Shown piece after piece: positions 1 to 8,676 of a stretch of DNA of 28,765 nt. Position 1 is the first letter of the stretch. Every line of letters begins with the position of its first letter. The translations under genes were made by a program, and so were the position numbers. Source of the stretch: an uncultured Planctomycetaceae bacterium (GTDB lineage: Bacteria; Planctomycetota; Planctomycetia; Pirellulales; Thermoguttaceae); contig CAZFQG010000070.1 in assembly GCA_964520785.1 (NCBI GenBank), positions 1 to 28,765 of the forward strand, in the 5' to 3' direction. The notes beneath the pieces were generated by a model. The model did not search any database, had not been told where the DNA came from, and was given only the letters and a program-made list of their open reading frames with translations.

Positions 1-490
1 TAATCTATGCGAAATCCGCCCACCGTGTCAACCACCCCGCATATTTCCCAGAACTCCTACTTTAACAGCGGTGACACTGTTCTCGCCCGTATCCGGCGGA
101 TATTCCGTCATTTCGTGCAAAAAGCCCAAGGGCGGCAATTGACATACCAGGGCAAGAACTGGTAAATAGGATGATTATCGCGGTCATGTTTTGGGTGACT
201 GTGTTTTGAGGTGTTTCTATCATCTGATGATGCGGGTTGGGATTGCCGTTTGAAGTCGCCGGAATGCAAGCCGTCAACTCGTTCGGGGGATGAATCAGAT
301 CGGGAGGACTTTCAAGCGAGGGCGAAAGAGATACGCCGATGGAACTAATAAACGGATTCCTCATCCAGGCGTCATCCTTCACTAACAATCGGGGGTTCTT
401 CTAGCGAAAACCGTGGTCTGGCACCGTGTTGAGTTTTCACGCGTTCTGTCCGTTAATCGTTTTTCATTCACGTAAGAGGAGTAGACCAAG

Positions 491-2170
491 ATGATGCGAA
501 GACTTTTATTTCTTCTCTGTGCGATTGCCGCGGGCGGGGTGGTTTGTGCCTCGCCGGTCCTTGCGCAGACCGTGTTGCTGTCCGAAAACTTCGACGGCCT
601 GGATTTGAACCCCAATTTTTGGGAGCCGGACGGAAGCGGTCCGGGAACCGGGCTCGCTACGAGGCCCGATGCGTACACGCATACGCCGCCGTCGGGATGG
701 ACGAACGACCGCAGCCTCGTTCCAACGTTACCGTACCCCCAGGTGGGCGTCCCGGAGTGGGAGGGATGGAGCTTTACGAACAAGGACTGGTGGGCCGCGG
801 TCGCCGGTGGGCAAGGCCGCCAGGACTTCGCCAATGCGATCGGCACCGTGGCGGTGATTGACGGAGACGAGTGGGATGACCGTCGGGATCCCTCCGGGAT
901 TTCCCCGAGCGAATACGGTTTTCTCGAAGGCTCGCTGTTCACGCCCGCCATTGACATTTCTTCGATTGCGCCTGGTACCGGTCAATTGACGTTCGATTCC
1001 TCGTGGCGTGACGAGGACACCCAGGCGGCTCAGGTCAATGTTTCTTTCGACGGCGGAACCACCTACCAGACGATTCTGGAGTGGAGTTCTGACTCCGGCA
1101 GCGCATACTTCCATGATGACGCCACGAACGAAGCGGTCGTCGTTCCTTTCACCCAACCGGTCGGAACCGCCCAGGCCATCTTCCAGTTCCGCGGCTACAA
1201 CATGACCGACGACTGGTGGTGGGCGATCGACAACGTCGCCGTCGGCGCCGCCGGCTCGAGTCCGGTCTTTACCGAGGATTTCGAAAGCTGCGTTCTCGGT
1301 CCTCCGGCGTGGGAGCCCAGCGGAGCCGGCGAGAATCCCGTGGTCGTCGAAGAGGCATTTACCCATGACGGTCCCGACGGATGGACGATTGAAAACGACA
1401 TTCCGGACGGCGGCGTCGAGGAATGGCGGGGCTGGAGCTTCGCCAACAAGGAATTCTGGATCCAGGTGGCCGGCGACCAGAACCGGTCGTTCTATACCTT
1501 GGGCCAGAATACCATCGCGGTCGCCGATCCCGATGAATGGGACGACACGTCGCGCGGCCCCGGCACCTACAATACCACGCTCATCACCCCAACCCTGAAC
1601 GTGGCCGGGTACGACCGTATCGAGATGGCGTTCGATTCGAGTTGGCGCCCCGAGGATGACCAGAAGGCGCGGCTCGTGGCGGAGTTCGGCAACGGCGCTA
1701 CCGAGGAGTTGCTCTTTTGGAATTCCTACAGCGGTGACGCCAACTTCAAGCCGGACGCCGAAAACGAGTTTCTCAGTTTTAGCGTCGACGTTCCCAAGAG
1801 CGCCGGCACGGTCAAGTTCAAATTCTCGCTCTTCGACGCCGGAAACGACTGGTGGTGGGCGATCGACAACGTCGTCGTCACCGCGTTCGGCACCGGGGGC
1901 GGCCCGCTCGACGGCGACTTGAACGAAGACGGTTTCGTCAACAGCAGCGATCTGGACATCGTCCGCGCGAATTGGGGACAGTCGGTCGAAGCCGGTTGCC
2001 TCGCCTGCGGCGACGCCAACAACGACGGCCTGGTCAACAGCGCGGACCTGGACATAATCCGCGCCAACTGGGGCGCCTCCGCCGCCGCCTCGGTCGTCCC
2101 CGAGCCGGCCGGGCTCCTGCTCCTGGCCCTCGGGCTGGGCTGTTGGATGCTCCGGCGACGAGGAATGTAA
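491..2170 (+). CDS. Secreted repeat protein: signal peptide, two tandem copies of a ~200-aa Trp-rich domain, two dockerin-like Ca-binding repeats, C-terminal PEP-CTERM anchor
   Basis: ATG at 491 preceded by AAGAGGAG Shine-Dalgarno. N-terminus MMRRLLFLLCAIAAGGVVCASPVLAQ is signal-peptide-like. Internal duplication: aa ~31-252 and ~259-464 share blocks (VPEWEGWSFTNKDWW vs VEEWRGWSFANKEFW; VAVIDGDEWDD vs IAVADPDEWDD; FDSSWRDEDTQ vs FDSSWRPEDDQ; DDWWWAIDNVAV vs NDWWWAIDNVVV). DLNEDGFVNSSDLDIVRANWGQ and DANNDGLVNSADLDIIRANWGA fit the dockerin type-I repeat pattern. C-terminal VPEPAGLLLLALGLGCWMLRRRG is a PEP-CTERM motif. Confidence 0.8.
   Translation: MMRRLLFLLCAIAAGGVVCASPVLAQTVLLSENFDGLDLNPNFWEPDGSGPGTGLATRPDAYTHTPPSGWTNDRSLVPTLPYPQVGVPEWEGWSFTNKDWWAAVAGGQGRQDFANAIGTVAVIDGDEWDDRRDPSGISPSEYGFLEGSLFTPAIDISSIAPGTGQLTFDSSWRDEDTQAAQVNVSFDGGTTYQTILEWSSDSGSAYFHDDATNEAVVVPFTQPVGTAQAIFQFRGYNMTDDWWWAIDNVAVGAAGSSPVFTEDFESCVLGPPAWEPSGAGENPVVVEEAFTHDGPDGWTIENDIPDGGVEEWRGWSFANKEFWIQVAGDQNRSFYTLGQNTIAVADPDEWDDTSRGPGTYNTTLITPTLNVAGYDRIEMAFDSSWRPEDDQKARLVAEFGNGATEELLFWNSYSGDANFKPDAENEFLSFSVDVPKSAGTVKFKFSLFDAGNDWWWAIDNVVVTAFGTGGGPLDGDLNEDGFVNSSDLDIVRANWGQSVEAGCLACGDANNDGLVNSADLDIIRANWGASAAASVVPEPAGLLLLALGLGCWMLRRRGM
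1907..2170 (+). repeat. Dispersed repeat: dockerin-pair plus PEP-CTERM coding module; second copy at ~28300..28554
   Basis: Stretches such as gacggtttcgtcaacagcagcgatctggacatcgtccgcgcgaattggggacag (copy 1) vs gacggtttcgtcggcagttccgacttggacatcgtccgcgccaactggggacag (copy 2) are about 85-90 percent identical by eye. The shadow antisense ORFs 1726..2190 and 28197..28577 are also alike. Confidence 0.7.
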
Positions 2171-2225
2171 ACACCCGGCCGGGCGAGCAATAATCCTTCG
2201 GTTCCCCCCGGAGGCTCGCGATAGT

Positions 2226-2262
2226 GGACGACGGCGAGATACCGGTTTTTCGCCGTCGTCCC
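2226..2262 (+). other. Strong hairpin (12-bp perfect GC-rich stem, 13-nt loop) between the PEP-CTERM gene and the DUF1559 gene; possible terminator/attenuator or 5'-UTR structure
   Basis: ggacgacggcga-gataccggttttt-tcgccgtcgtcc, followed by cggtctattcccttttctcc (pyrimidine-rich, not a clean U-tract). It ends ~40 nt before ATG 2302. Confidence 0.3.
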
Positions 2263-2301
2263 GGTCTATTCCCTTTTCTCCCCTACGGAACGAGAACGAA
2301 T

Positions 2302-3336
2302 ATGAGAACGCGCACCAGAACAATCGCGCGGCCCGGCGGATTTACCTTGGTCGAACTATTGGTGGTGATCGCCATTATAGGTATCCTTATCGCCTTGTTG
2401 TTGCCGGCCGTGCAGGCGGCGCGCGAGGCGGCTCGGGCCGCGCAGTGCAAGAACAACATGCGGCAGATCGGATTGGCGCTTCTGAATTATCACGACGCCA
2501 AGAATGTTTTCCCTTATGGCTGGCGGTCGCGATTCGGCGCCGGCTGGTCGGGTTACATCCTGCCGTATATCGAAGGAGGCGCCTTCTACAACGGGATGAT
2601 CTTCGATCAAGACGAGGGTAGCTCCATCATGCAGTGGGCCTATCCGGGTGCAACCCCCAATATCTCGGTCCAGAACTACAAGATCATCGCCTGCGAAACG
2701 GTCATCCCGACTTTCCGTTGCCCTTCCGCGGCGATCCCGGAGCACGTCAATGACCGCACGTTCGACGGATGGGTCGTCCCCAAACGCGTGCCGGCAACCT
2801 ACCTGGGAAGCGCGACGGGAATACTCACTGACGACGAGTACACCATCAGCCGGGCCACGGGACGCCCCGTCATGAGTAACACCAGTTGGGGGAGCATGAA
2901 GGGGCTCGACGGGGTTCTGTTTTCCGACAGCGAAATCAAAATCCGCGACATCACCGACGGGACGAGCCACACCTTACTGTGCGGGGAGGCCCTCCCTACG
3001 GTCAAGGACAACACCACGCCGGAGACATGGAGCAACCGCCGTAAGGACCACTGGGCCGTAGGCAGCGACGACGCCGACACCCACGACGGCCACGACGGAT
3101 CCGAAATGTTCGGCTCCACCGCCGTGCCGATGAACCCCGAGATTCCGCCTCGTGACGACCAGATCGTCACTCCGGAGGCGGAAATTGCCTACGGCAGTGC
3201 CCACCCCGGCGGCTGCAACATGCTCTTCTGCGACGGCTCGGTGCAATTCGTCGATGAAACCGTCAACGCGGCCGTCTGGCGCGACCTGGCGACCCGAGCC
3301 GGCGGAGAGGTCATTCCCGGAGATTTTGGCAAGTAG
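2302..3336 (+). CDS. DUF1559 / H-X9-DG family protein with N-terminal prepilin-type cleavage/methylation domain (type II secretion pseudopilin-like)
   Basis: The ORF-track frame opens at 2224, but the first in-frame ATG is at 2302 (MRTRTRTIARPGGFTLVELLVVIAIIGILIALLLPAVQAAREAARAAQCKNNMRQIGLALLNYHD). The G|FTLVE prepilin peptidase site and hydrophobic helix are present. C-terminal HPGGCNMLFCDGS matches the H-X9-DG signature. This family is greatly expanded in Planctomycetota. Confidence 0.85.
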   Translation: MRTRTRTIARPGGFTLVELLVVIAIIGILIALLLPAVQAAREAARAAQCKNNMRQIGLALLNYHDAKNVFPYGWRSRFGAGWSGYILPYIEGGAFYNGMIFDQDEGSSIMQWAYPGATPNISVQNYKIIACETVIPTFRCPSAAIPEHVNDRTFDGWVVPKRVPATYLGSATGILTDDEYTISRATGRPVMSNTSWGSMKGLDGVLFSDSEIKIRDITDGTSHTLLCGEALPTVKDNTTPETWSNRRKDHWAVGSDDADTHDGHDGSEMFGSTAVPMNPEIPPRDDQIVTPEAEIAYGSAHPGGCNMLFCDGSVQFVDETVNAAVWRDLATRAGGEVIPGDFGK

Positions 3337-3505
3337 CCCCTTCGCCCCGACTTCCGCGTTCGTCCAGAACCGCCAGGCCGGCGAGAAGGCCCGGAAAGCT
3401 CCGCTGCGCCTCCAAACGAACGAACCAATGATCCGGCCGTACGGAGTGATCGTGTAATCTCCCTTTTTCATATCAACGGATATGTGGGAAACCTCCTGTT
3501 TCCCG

Positions 3506-3529
3506 CGCAGCCTGTTTTTCAACAGGCTG
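3506..3529. terminator. Perfect 10-bp hairpin immediately 3' of the P-II gene stop, in the convergent gap between DUF1559 (+) and glnB (-); candidate terminator lacking a flanking U-tract
   Basis: gcagcctgtt-tttc-aacaggctgc (revcomp arms identical). No T-run follows on either strand, so function as an intrinsic terminator is uncertain. Confidence 0.3.
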
Positions 3530-3877
3530 CTAGACCGCCCCGGGGCCGCGGGAACCGTCGCTAATGACGATCGTATCGTCCGCCGGAACGACGAATATCT
3601 TTCCGTCACCGGTGGTCCCCTCGGGACCGGTCCTCGCCGCCAGTTCGATCGTCCGGACGGTCCGCTCCAAGAAATCGTCGTTGACGACGATCTCCAACAC
3701 GATCTTCCGCAAGAACCGGGGCTGATATTCGAATTCACGGGTCAGGGCCGCCCGGCCCAGTTGACGGCCAAAGCCTTGGGCATCACAAACGGTCATCCGC
3801 TCGACCTCGATCTTTTCGAGGGCTTCCCGAACCGCGTCCAACTTGGGCGGCTGAATCACCGCGATGACTAATTTCAT
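3530..3877 (-). CDS. glnB: Nitrogen regulatory protein P-II (GlnB/GlnK family)
   Basis: The 115-aa product aligns along its full length to E. coli GlnB: MKLVIAVIQPPKLDAVREAL vs MKKIDAIIKPFKLDDVREAL; GFGRQ T-loop base with a Tyr retained at the Tyr51-equivalent position (FEY); B-loop TGxxGDGKIFV. The T-loop itself is divergent (RAALTREFEYQP). Confidence 0.85.
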   Translation of the reverse strand: MKLVIAVIQPPKLDAVREALEKIEVERMTVCDAQGFGRQLGRAALTREFEYQPRFLRKIVLEIVVNDDFLERTVRTIELAARTGPEGTTGDGKIFVVPADDTIVISDGSRGPGAV

Positions 3878-3922
3878 GGGTCGAATTCGAAAGATGCAGG
3901 CGGCCCGCGGCGAGCCGAGCCG

Positions 3923-4642
3923 TCACGACCAGCGATGCTCCGGTCGCTGGAGTATCTCGCTCATCACGATCGCCTGACGAACGTCGGCGACGTTGCCCAG
4001 CATCGCGGCCCAGTCGACGGCGGGCAGGGGGCCCCTCGCGCGTTCCGCTTCCTTCTTCGAGGCTCCTTCTCGAAGCCGTCTTTCCTTCAGGCCGTCGCCG
4101 CTTCGCGAGAACTTCTTTCCTCGGAGCAGTTCCTCCTGACGGAGTCTTTCGTCGACATCGGCCCCGAGGCGCGAGAGAGTACCGAAACGTTTCGAAGTTC
4201 CCAACCGATCCGCCGGTTTCTTCGGAACAGCCGCTTCAGCCTGGACGACTTGCGCCGGCACTACCGGCCGAGGCGGTTCGACTTGACGCACCCCCGGTCG
4301 CGGCGGCAAAGACCGTGCCGGCTGTACGCGGTCCGGGCCGGGACGGCCCTGGGGCTGCGGCTGCTGAACCGGGGGTCGAGCCCCGGCATTCGCTCCGCGA
4401 TCACCCCCCGGTTGTTTTTCGGCGACCCGACGGAGAAACTCCGCCACCTCGCGGTCCACGCCGGGATTGGCCGGTGGCGGATTTCCGCCTTGGGGCCGGC
4501 CCGGCTGATTTCCCTTGTTCGCGTTGGCCAGCAACTGTCCAATGACCGGCACGAGGACGAAGAGGAGACCGGCAACGACGGTAAGAATGTCCCCCAGATC
4601 GGCCGCGAAAAGGAGGAACGCGATAGCGGCGGGAAAACTCAT
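3923..4642 (-). CDS. Hypothetical membrane protein: N-terminal TM helix, long Pro/Gln/Gly-rich low-complexity linker, charged C-terminal region
   Basis: Its start overlaps the floA stop by 4 nt (ATGA translational coupling at 4639-4642). N-terminus [35 protein letters not shown] is a TM helix. The overlapping + strand ORF 3935..4711 has a Arg/Ser/Leu-rich composition typical of an antisense reading. I cannot assign a family. Confidence 0.45.
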   Translation of the reverse strand: MSFPAAIAFLLFAADLGDILTVVAGLLFVLVPVIGQLLANANKGNQPGRPQGGNPPPANPGVDREVAEFLRRVAEKQPGGDRGANAGARPPVQQPQPQGRPGPDRVQPARSLPPRPGVRQVEPPRPVVPAQVVQAEAAVPKKPADRLGTSKRFGTLSRLGADVDERLRQEELLRGKKFSRSGDGLKERRLREGASKKEAERARGPLPAVDWAAMLGNVADVRQAIVMSEILQRPEHRWS

Positions 4643-5688
4643 TGCGCGACACTCTGCTTGGTGCCTCCACCGGGGTGCGCGATCGCGTGGCGCATCTCGG
4701 TATCGGCCTGAATGTTTCGGAGCTTGTAGTAATCGGAAATTCCCAGCGTCCCCTCGCGGAACGCCTGAGAAATCGCCTTGGGCACTTCCGCTTCGGCCTC
4801 GACCACCTTCGCGCGGCTCTCCTCGATCTGAGCGATCATCTCCCGTTCCTCCGCTACCGCCATCGCCCGACGGCCCTCGGCCTTTGCCCGAGCCACGCGG
4901 AGGTCCGCTTCCGCCTGATCCGCCTGAAGCCTCGCGCCGATATTGTCCCCCACGTCGACGTCGGCGATGTCGATCGAGACGATCTCGAACGCCGTTTGCG
5001 AGTCGAGCCGCCGCGAGAGTACCTTATTCGAGATTTTGTCCGGATTCTCCAGCACCGCGCCGTGGGTCTCCTCCGAACCGATTGCACTGACGATGCCCTC
5101 CCCGACCCGCGCGATGATAGTCTCCTCCGTTGCCCCTCCGATGAGCTGTTCGAGATTCGCGCGAACCGTCACCCTCGCTTTCACCTTCAATTGGATGCCG
5201 TTCTTCGCGACGCCGTCGAGGGATTCTCGCCCTGATCCACGCGAGGGGCAATCGATCACCTTGGGATACACGCTGGTCTGGACCGCCTCGAGAACGTTCC
5301 GTCCGGCCAGGTCGATCGCGGTGGCCTGTTTGAAACTCAAGTCGATGATCTTCGCCTTCGAGGCCGCGACGATCGCGCGGATTACCAACGGTACGTTTCC
5401 TCCGGCCAGGTAATGAGCCTCCAGGGAGCGCGACGTAATGCCGGTCTCCTCGCCCAACCCCGCCTGGACCGCCATGATTTTACTCCGGAGGATGACGATC
5501 GGGTTGACTTTGCGGAACTTCATTCCGATCAGGTCCCAAATCGTGATTCCCGCGCCGGTCGTCTTCGATTGAATCCACAGCCAGAAAAACTGCGCAAAGA
5601 TCACCAGTATGACAAGGCCGGCGATTCCAATCGCGACAAGAATCAGCAGGAGGAAAATACTTGTCGAATTCTGAGCAAATAACTCCAT
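4639..5688 (-). CDS. floA: Flotillin-like protein FloA (SPFH/band-7 domain, YqfA-type)
   Basis: Near full-length similarity to B. subtilis FloA (YqfA): N-terminal TM helix; HYLAGGNV; [17 protein letters not shown]; [33 protein letters not shown]; LENPDKIS; [14 protein letters not shown]; LQADQAEAD; [14 protein letters not shown]; VVEAEAEVP; [12 protein letters not shown]. Confidence 0.85.
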   Translation of the reverse strand: MELFAQNSTSIFLLLILVAIGIAGLVILVIFAQFFWLWIQSKTTGAGITIWDLIGMKFRKVNPIVILRSKIMAVQAGLGEETGITSRSLEAHYLAGGNVPLVIRAIVAASKAKIIDLSFKQATAIDLAGRNVLEAVQTSVYPKVIDCPSRGSGRESLDGVAKNGIQLKVKARVTVRANLEQLIGGATEETIIARVGEGIVSAIGSEETHGAVLENPDKISNKVLSRRLDSQTAFEIVSIDIADVDVGDNIGARLQADQAEADLRVARAKAEGRRAMAVAEEREMIAQIEESRAKVVEAEAEVPKAISQAFREGTLGISDYYKLRNIQADTEMRHAIAHPGGGTKQSVAQ

Positions 5689-5799
5689 TTTCCGCGATCC
5701 CCAGGTACTGTTTTGGCGATCTCACGTCGCCGAAGGTGTTCAAAACCCTTGAGACGCATCAGGCATCCATAGAAGGTCTAACAGGGATATAAGGGGTTG

Positions 5800-6363
5800 T
5801 CAAGCAGAAGATCCGTCAAATGGGTCTTCCACTACCTCGGTTAAGGGGGATTGAGTCGTCGGCTTGTCCCCCTCATCGGAATTATAGGGCCGCACTTTAA
5901 TTCGGTTGCCGCTGACATCGGTGACGATGACCGGTTGGTGCGCCTCGATGGCGGGCCCCTCGCTGACGGCGTCGAGTACTTTCCCCTCGATCACCACCGC
6001 TCCGGCGAGCAGCATCGGAGTTTTGGTTTTTCCGATTTTGCCGATCAGCTCGCGACGCGCGTTCGCTTCCGACTCCCCAGCCGAATCCGTCTCGGAACTC
6101 GCGAGAATAATCCGGCGGCCAATGGGCGTTCGCGGCCAATACTTCAGGGCGACGACCACGATGACCGGAATTCCAATGATTGTCGCCGCCGAGATGAAAA
6201 GCCCCATTCCGACGCCGGAACGAAAACCCAAAAACAGCGCGGCAACGACCGCACACACGGTGAGGACTCCGAGAAGCCCGCCGGAAGGGAAAAAGACCTC
6301 CAACACGGCGAGGCTCATGCCCAACAAGAGGAGGAGGATCGCAAGTACCCAAGGCTCCAGCAT
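5800..6363 (-). CDS. NfeD-family membrane protein (YqeZ/NfeD2-like partner of FloA) with C-terminal OB-fold
   Basis: Multiple N-terminal TM segments (MLEPWVLAILLLLLGMSLAVLEVFF, GVLTVCAVVAALFLGF, GLFISAATIIGIPVIVVVAL). C-terminal soluble beta-rich region (IGKTKTPMLLAGAVVIEGKVLDAVSEGPAIEAHQPVIVTDVSGNRIKVRP) is typical of the NfeD OB domain. It sits immediately upstream of floA on the same strand, matching the conserved nfeD-floA arrangement. Confidence 0.75.
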   Translation of the reverse strand: MLEPWVLAILLLLLGMSLAVLEVFFPSGGLLGVLTVCAVVAALFLGFRSGVGMGLFISAATIIGIPVIVVVALKYWPRTPIGRRIILASSETDSAGESEANARRELIGKIGKTKTPMLLAGAVVIEGKVLDAVSEGPAIEAHQPVIVTDVSGNRIKVRPYNSDEGDKPTTQSPLTEVVEDPFDGSSA

Positions 6364-6373
6364 GTTTCAACCG

Positions 6374-6967
6374 TCATTCGATGTCTTCGAACTCTTCGAG
6401 CGTAATGCTCCCACCCAACAGCGGGTAAATCTCAGTTTCAACATAATCTTGAATTTTCTCCGACGCGGAAGCCGTTGCTTCCGTCGCGATCCTGACTCGA
6501 TACCCTAAATCATAGGCGCTGAACGCGGTTGCCTCAACGCAAACATTACTCAAGAATCCGGCAAGGATCACGTTACGCACACGATTTTTCCGTAAAATCT
6601 CGTGCAAATCGGTGTTCGTAAACCCGCTGAGGGCGTGTTTTCCCTCCAGGACCGGCTCCCCGTCGGCAGGTTGCAGTTCCTCGATGAATTCACTCCCCCA
6701 ACGTCCCGCCAAAAAAGCACCGGCATCCCCGGCTCCCGCGATGATTCCACAGACCGCGCATTCCGAAGCCCATTCCGGGTCATACACGAAAGGACAATGT
6801 ACTACGAGGCAGCCCTTCCGCCGCGCGATCCGAGTCAATGCGACGGCGTTTTCCACCGTGTTCTTCCTGGCGATTTCGCCCTTGACCAGATCGTGTAGTT
6901 TGCCTCCTTCCTTGCAGAAATCGTTCTGGAATTCGATCAAGATCACGGCGGTTTCGGCAGCGTTCAT
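6374..6967 (-). CDS. Isochorismatase-family cysteine hydrolase
   Basis: N-terminal TAVILIEFQNDF (isochorismatase-family xLLVIDMQNDF-type motif); GCLVVHCPFVYD; VILAGFLSNVCVEATA with the catalytic Cys context. Length 197 aa is typical. Confidence 0.8.
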   Translation of the reverse strand: MNAAETAVILIEFQNDFCKEGGKLHDLVKGEIARKNTVENAVALTRIARRKGCLVVHCPFVYDPEWASECAVCGIIAGAGDAGAFLAGRWGSEFIEELQPADGEPVLEGKHALSGFTNTDLHEILRKNRVRNVILAGFLSNVCVEATAFSAYDLGYRVRIATEATASASEKIQDYVETEIYPLLGGSITLEEFEDIE

Positions 6968-7234
6968 GAGTCATTCTCCAGTCTGGGTTTACTTGGGGGT
7001 TTGCCGAGAGTCTAATGGAATTGTACGCTCCGGACAAGATGAAGCCCATCACGTTGTCTCGCCGAAGGTTTCCCAGCGAGAAGATGGAATACACTATCGA
7101 CGAACTGGCGGCGCGGCCGCCGAAGTCGGAGAAACCGCGGCGGCGGTCGCGCGGTGCGCTTTGATCAACCGGAGTCATTCATGAGACCGTCGCCGGCAAT
7201 CCCCCCAAAACGACCATTCTTTCGGAGTACGCGG

Positions 7235-8527
7235 ATGCGATCTATCTTTTTCCTATTATCTCTCAGTCTTTGCCTCGCCACCCCCTTGCCGGCGGCCGAG
7301 TTAATCGTGGATATCGATTTCAACGACGAGGTCTACATCCGGCCCGAACCGATGACCGAGGGGGAGGTCGCCAAGCTCGTACGCGAATTACACGAGGCGG
7401 GAACGGACACGCTCCTGGTGCGGATGGGCTTCCTGGGATACTTCCCCTACCGAACCGAGTTGAGCTATCCCATGGGGTTCGACGCCGAGCATGCGCGTCG
7501 CCATCCCTACGCGCGAAACCTGGACCCCAAAGAGCTGGAGTCGTTCATCGAGAAGCGGCTGGAGGTGGCGGAGCGGTACCGTAAGGTGATCGAGATGTAC
7601 AACCCGCCGGAAGTGTTCGTCCGCGAGGGTCACAAGCATGGAATGAAGGTCGTCTTCTGGATCGACATCTTTGACGACCTCTACAGCGGATACCGGTCCA
7701 AGTTCATCGACGAGCATCCCCACTGCCAATGGACGGCCAAGGATGGAAAGACCGTCTTCCAAGGGCTCATCAGCTATGCCTGGCCGGAGGCGAGGGCATT
7801 TCGCGTGGCACAGGCAAAGGAACTGCTCGCCCTGGGGGCGGATGGAATCCATTGTTCGACCAGCGCCCACTGCCGACATCTGCCGAACGTCCAAGAGACG
7901 GATGCCTACGGGTTCGAGACGCCGGTCGTCGAGGAGTATCGAAGGCGCTACGGCGTCGACATCCGTACCGCCGAGGAGTTCGATAAGGAGGCGTGGCATA
8001 CGATCAAGGGGGAATTCATGAACCGCCTCTACCGCGAAATGGCGGCGGAATGCCACAAGTTGGAGAAGGAATTCTGGGTCGGCCTGCAACTCGGGCCGTA
8101 CACCCATTTCTCGGCGGACCCCCATTTCAGTACGAACGTGGTCGCGCGGTACCGGAACCTGTGGAAACCGCTCGTCGACGAAGGGATCGCCGACGCCTTC
8201 ATCGTGGGTGATTACGAAATCTGCACCTCGCCCGACCATCCCTATTGGACGGTCAAGGGCCTTGAGCCGGACCCCAAGGGGGACCTCTTCGCATGGGCGG
8301 CGGCCCACTACGGGCCCCATTGCCAAGGCAAGACGAAGTTGTACCTGTTCAGCGAATGGCTCCCCGGTTCGGCCGACGCGCTCGATACGCGGATGGCGGC
8401 GTGGGCCAAACGGGTCCGCGACCACGGCTTCGACGGCATCGACGTCCATGAGGCGATGAATTTCGAGATCCCGGGAGGGATGGAAATCCTGAAGCGGTTC
8501 CGGGATCGCTTGGATGGGAAGGACTGA
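7235..8527 (+). CDS. Hypothetical secreted protein, possibly a TIM-barrel glycoside-hydrolase-like fold (family not identified)
   Basis: The ORF frame opens at 7154; the ATG at 7235 gives MRSIFFLLSLSLCLATPLPAAELIV, a clean signal peptide. Composition is normal for coding (W/Y/F/K-rich). The antisense ORF 7388..8548 is Arg/Gly/Val-rich junk. No family-defining motif recognised with confidence. Confidence 0.6.
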   Translation: MRSIFFLLSLSLCLATPLPAAELIVDIDFNDEVYIRPEPMTEGEVAKLVRELHEAGTDTLLVRMGFLGYFPYRTELSYPMGFDAEHARRHPYARNLDPKELESFIEKRLEVAERYRKVIEMYNPPEVFVREGHKHGMKVVFWIDIFDDLYSGYRSKFIDEHPHCQWTAKDGKTVFQGLISYAWPEARAFRVAQAKELLALGADGIHCSTSAHCRHLPNVQETDAYGFETPVVEEYRRRYGVDIRTAEEFDKEAWHTIKGEFMNRLYREMAAECHKLEKEFWVGLQLGPYTHFSADPHFSTNVVARYRNLWKPLVDEGIADAFIVGDYEICTSPDHPYWTVKGLEPDPKGDLFAWAAAHYGPHCQGKTKLYLFSEWLPGSADALDTRMAAWAKRVRDHGFDGIDVHEAMNFEIPGGMEILKRFRDRLDGKD

Positions 8528-8555
8528 GCCCCGCATTGAGCAACCCATCTCCCTC

Positions 8556-8582
8556 CGCCGGAACCCGGCGCCGCGTTTTCTG
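8556..8582 (+). terminator. Candidate intrinsic terminator after the 7235..8527 gene: short GC hairpin then TTTT
   Basis: ccgccgg-aac-ccggcg then ccgcgTTTTctg. The stem is only 6 bp but entirely G/C. Confidence 0.3.
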
Positions 8583-8676
8583 ATGCTTGGAGCATCCCCA
8601 AGTCAATTACCGGTGGATTTACTCGGGAGAGCCGCGTGATTTCGCAATGTACGGAGCCGCGAGAGCGGAAGCCGTT

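Noticed and set aside
62-388. 108-aa minus ORF in the first 490 nt
   Set aside because: No recognisable motif and odd composition. It lies in a lower-GC leader/promoter region upstream of the first gene. It cannot be excluded, but there is no support.
728-2323. 531-aa minus-strand ORF, plus 382..957, antisense to the secreted repeat protein gene
   Set aside because: Arg/Gly/Val/Asp-rich composition typical of antisense frames in high-GC DNA. No start context. The + strand product has a signal peptide, an internal domain duplication, and dockerin and PEP-CTERM motifs.
7388-8548. 386-aa minus-strand ORF opposite the 7235..8527 gene
   Set aside because: Antisense junk composition. The + frame has a clean signal peptide and balanced aromatic and Lys content.
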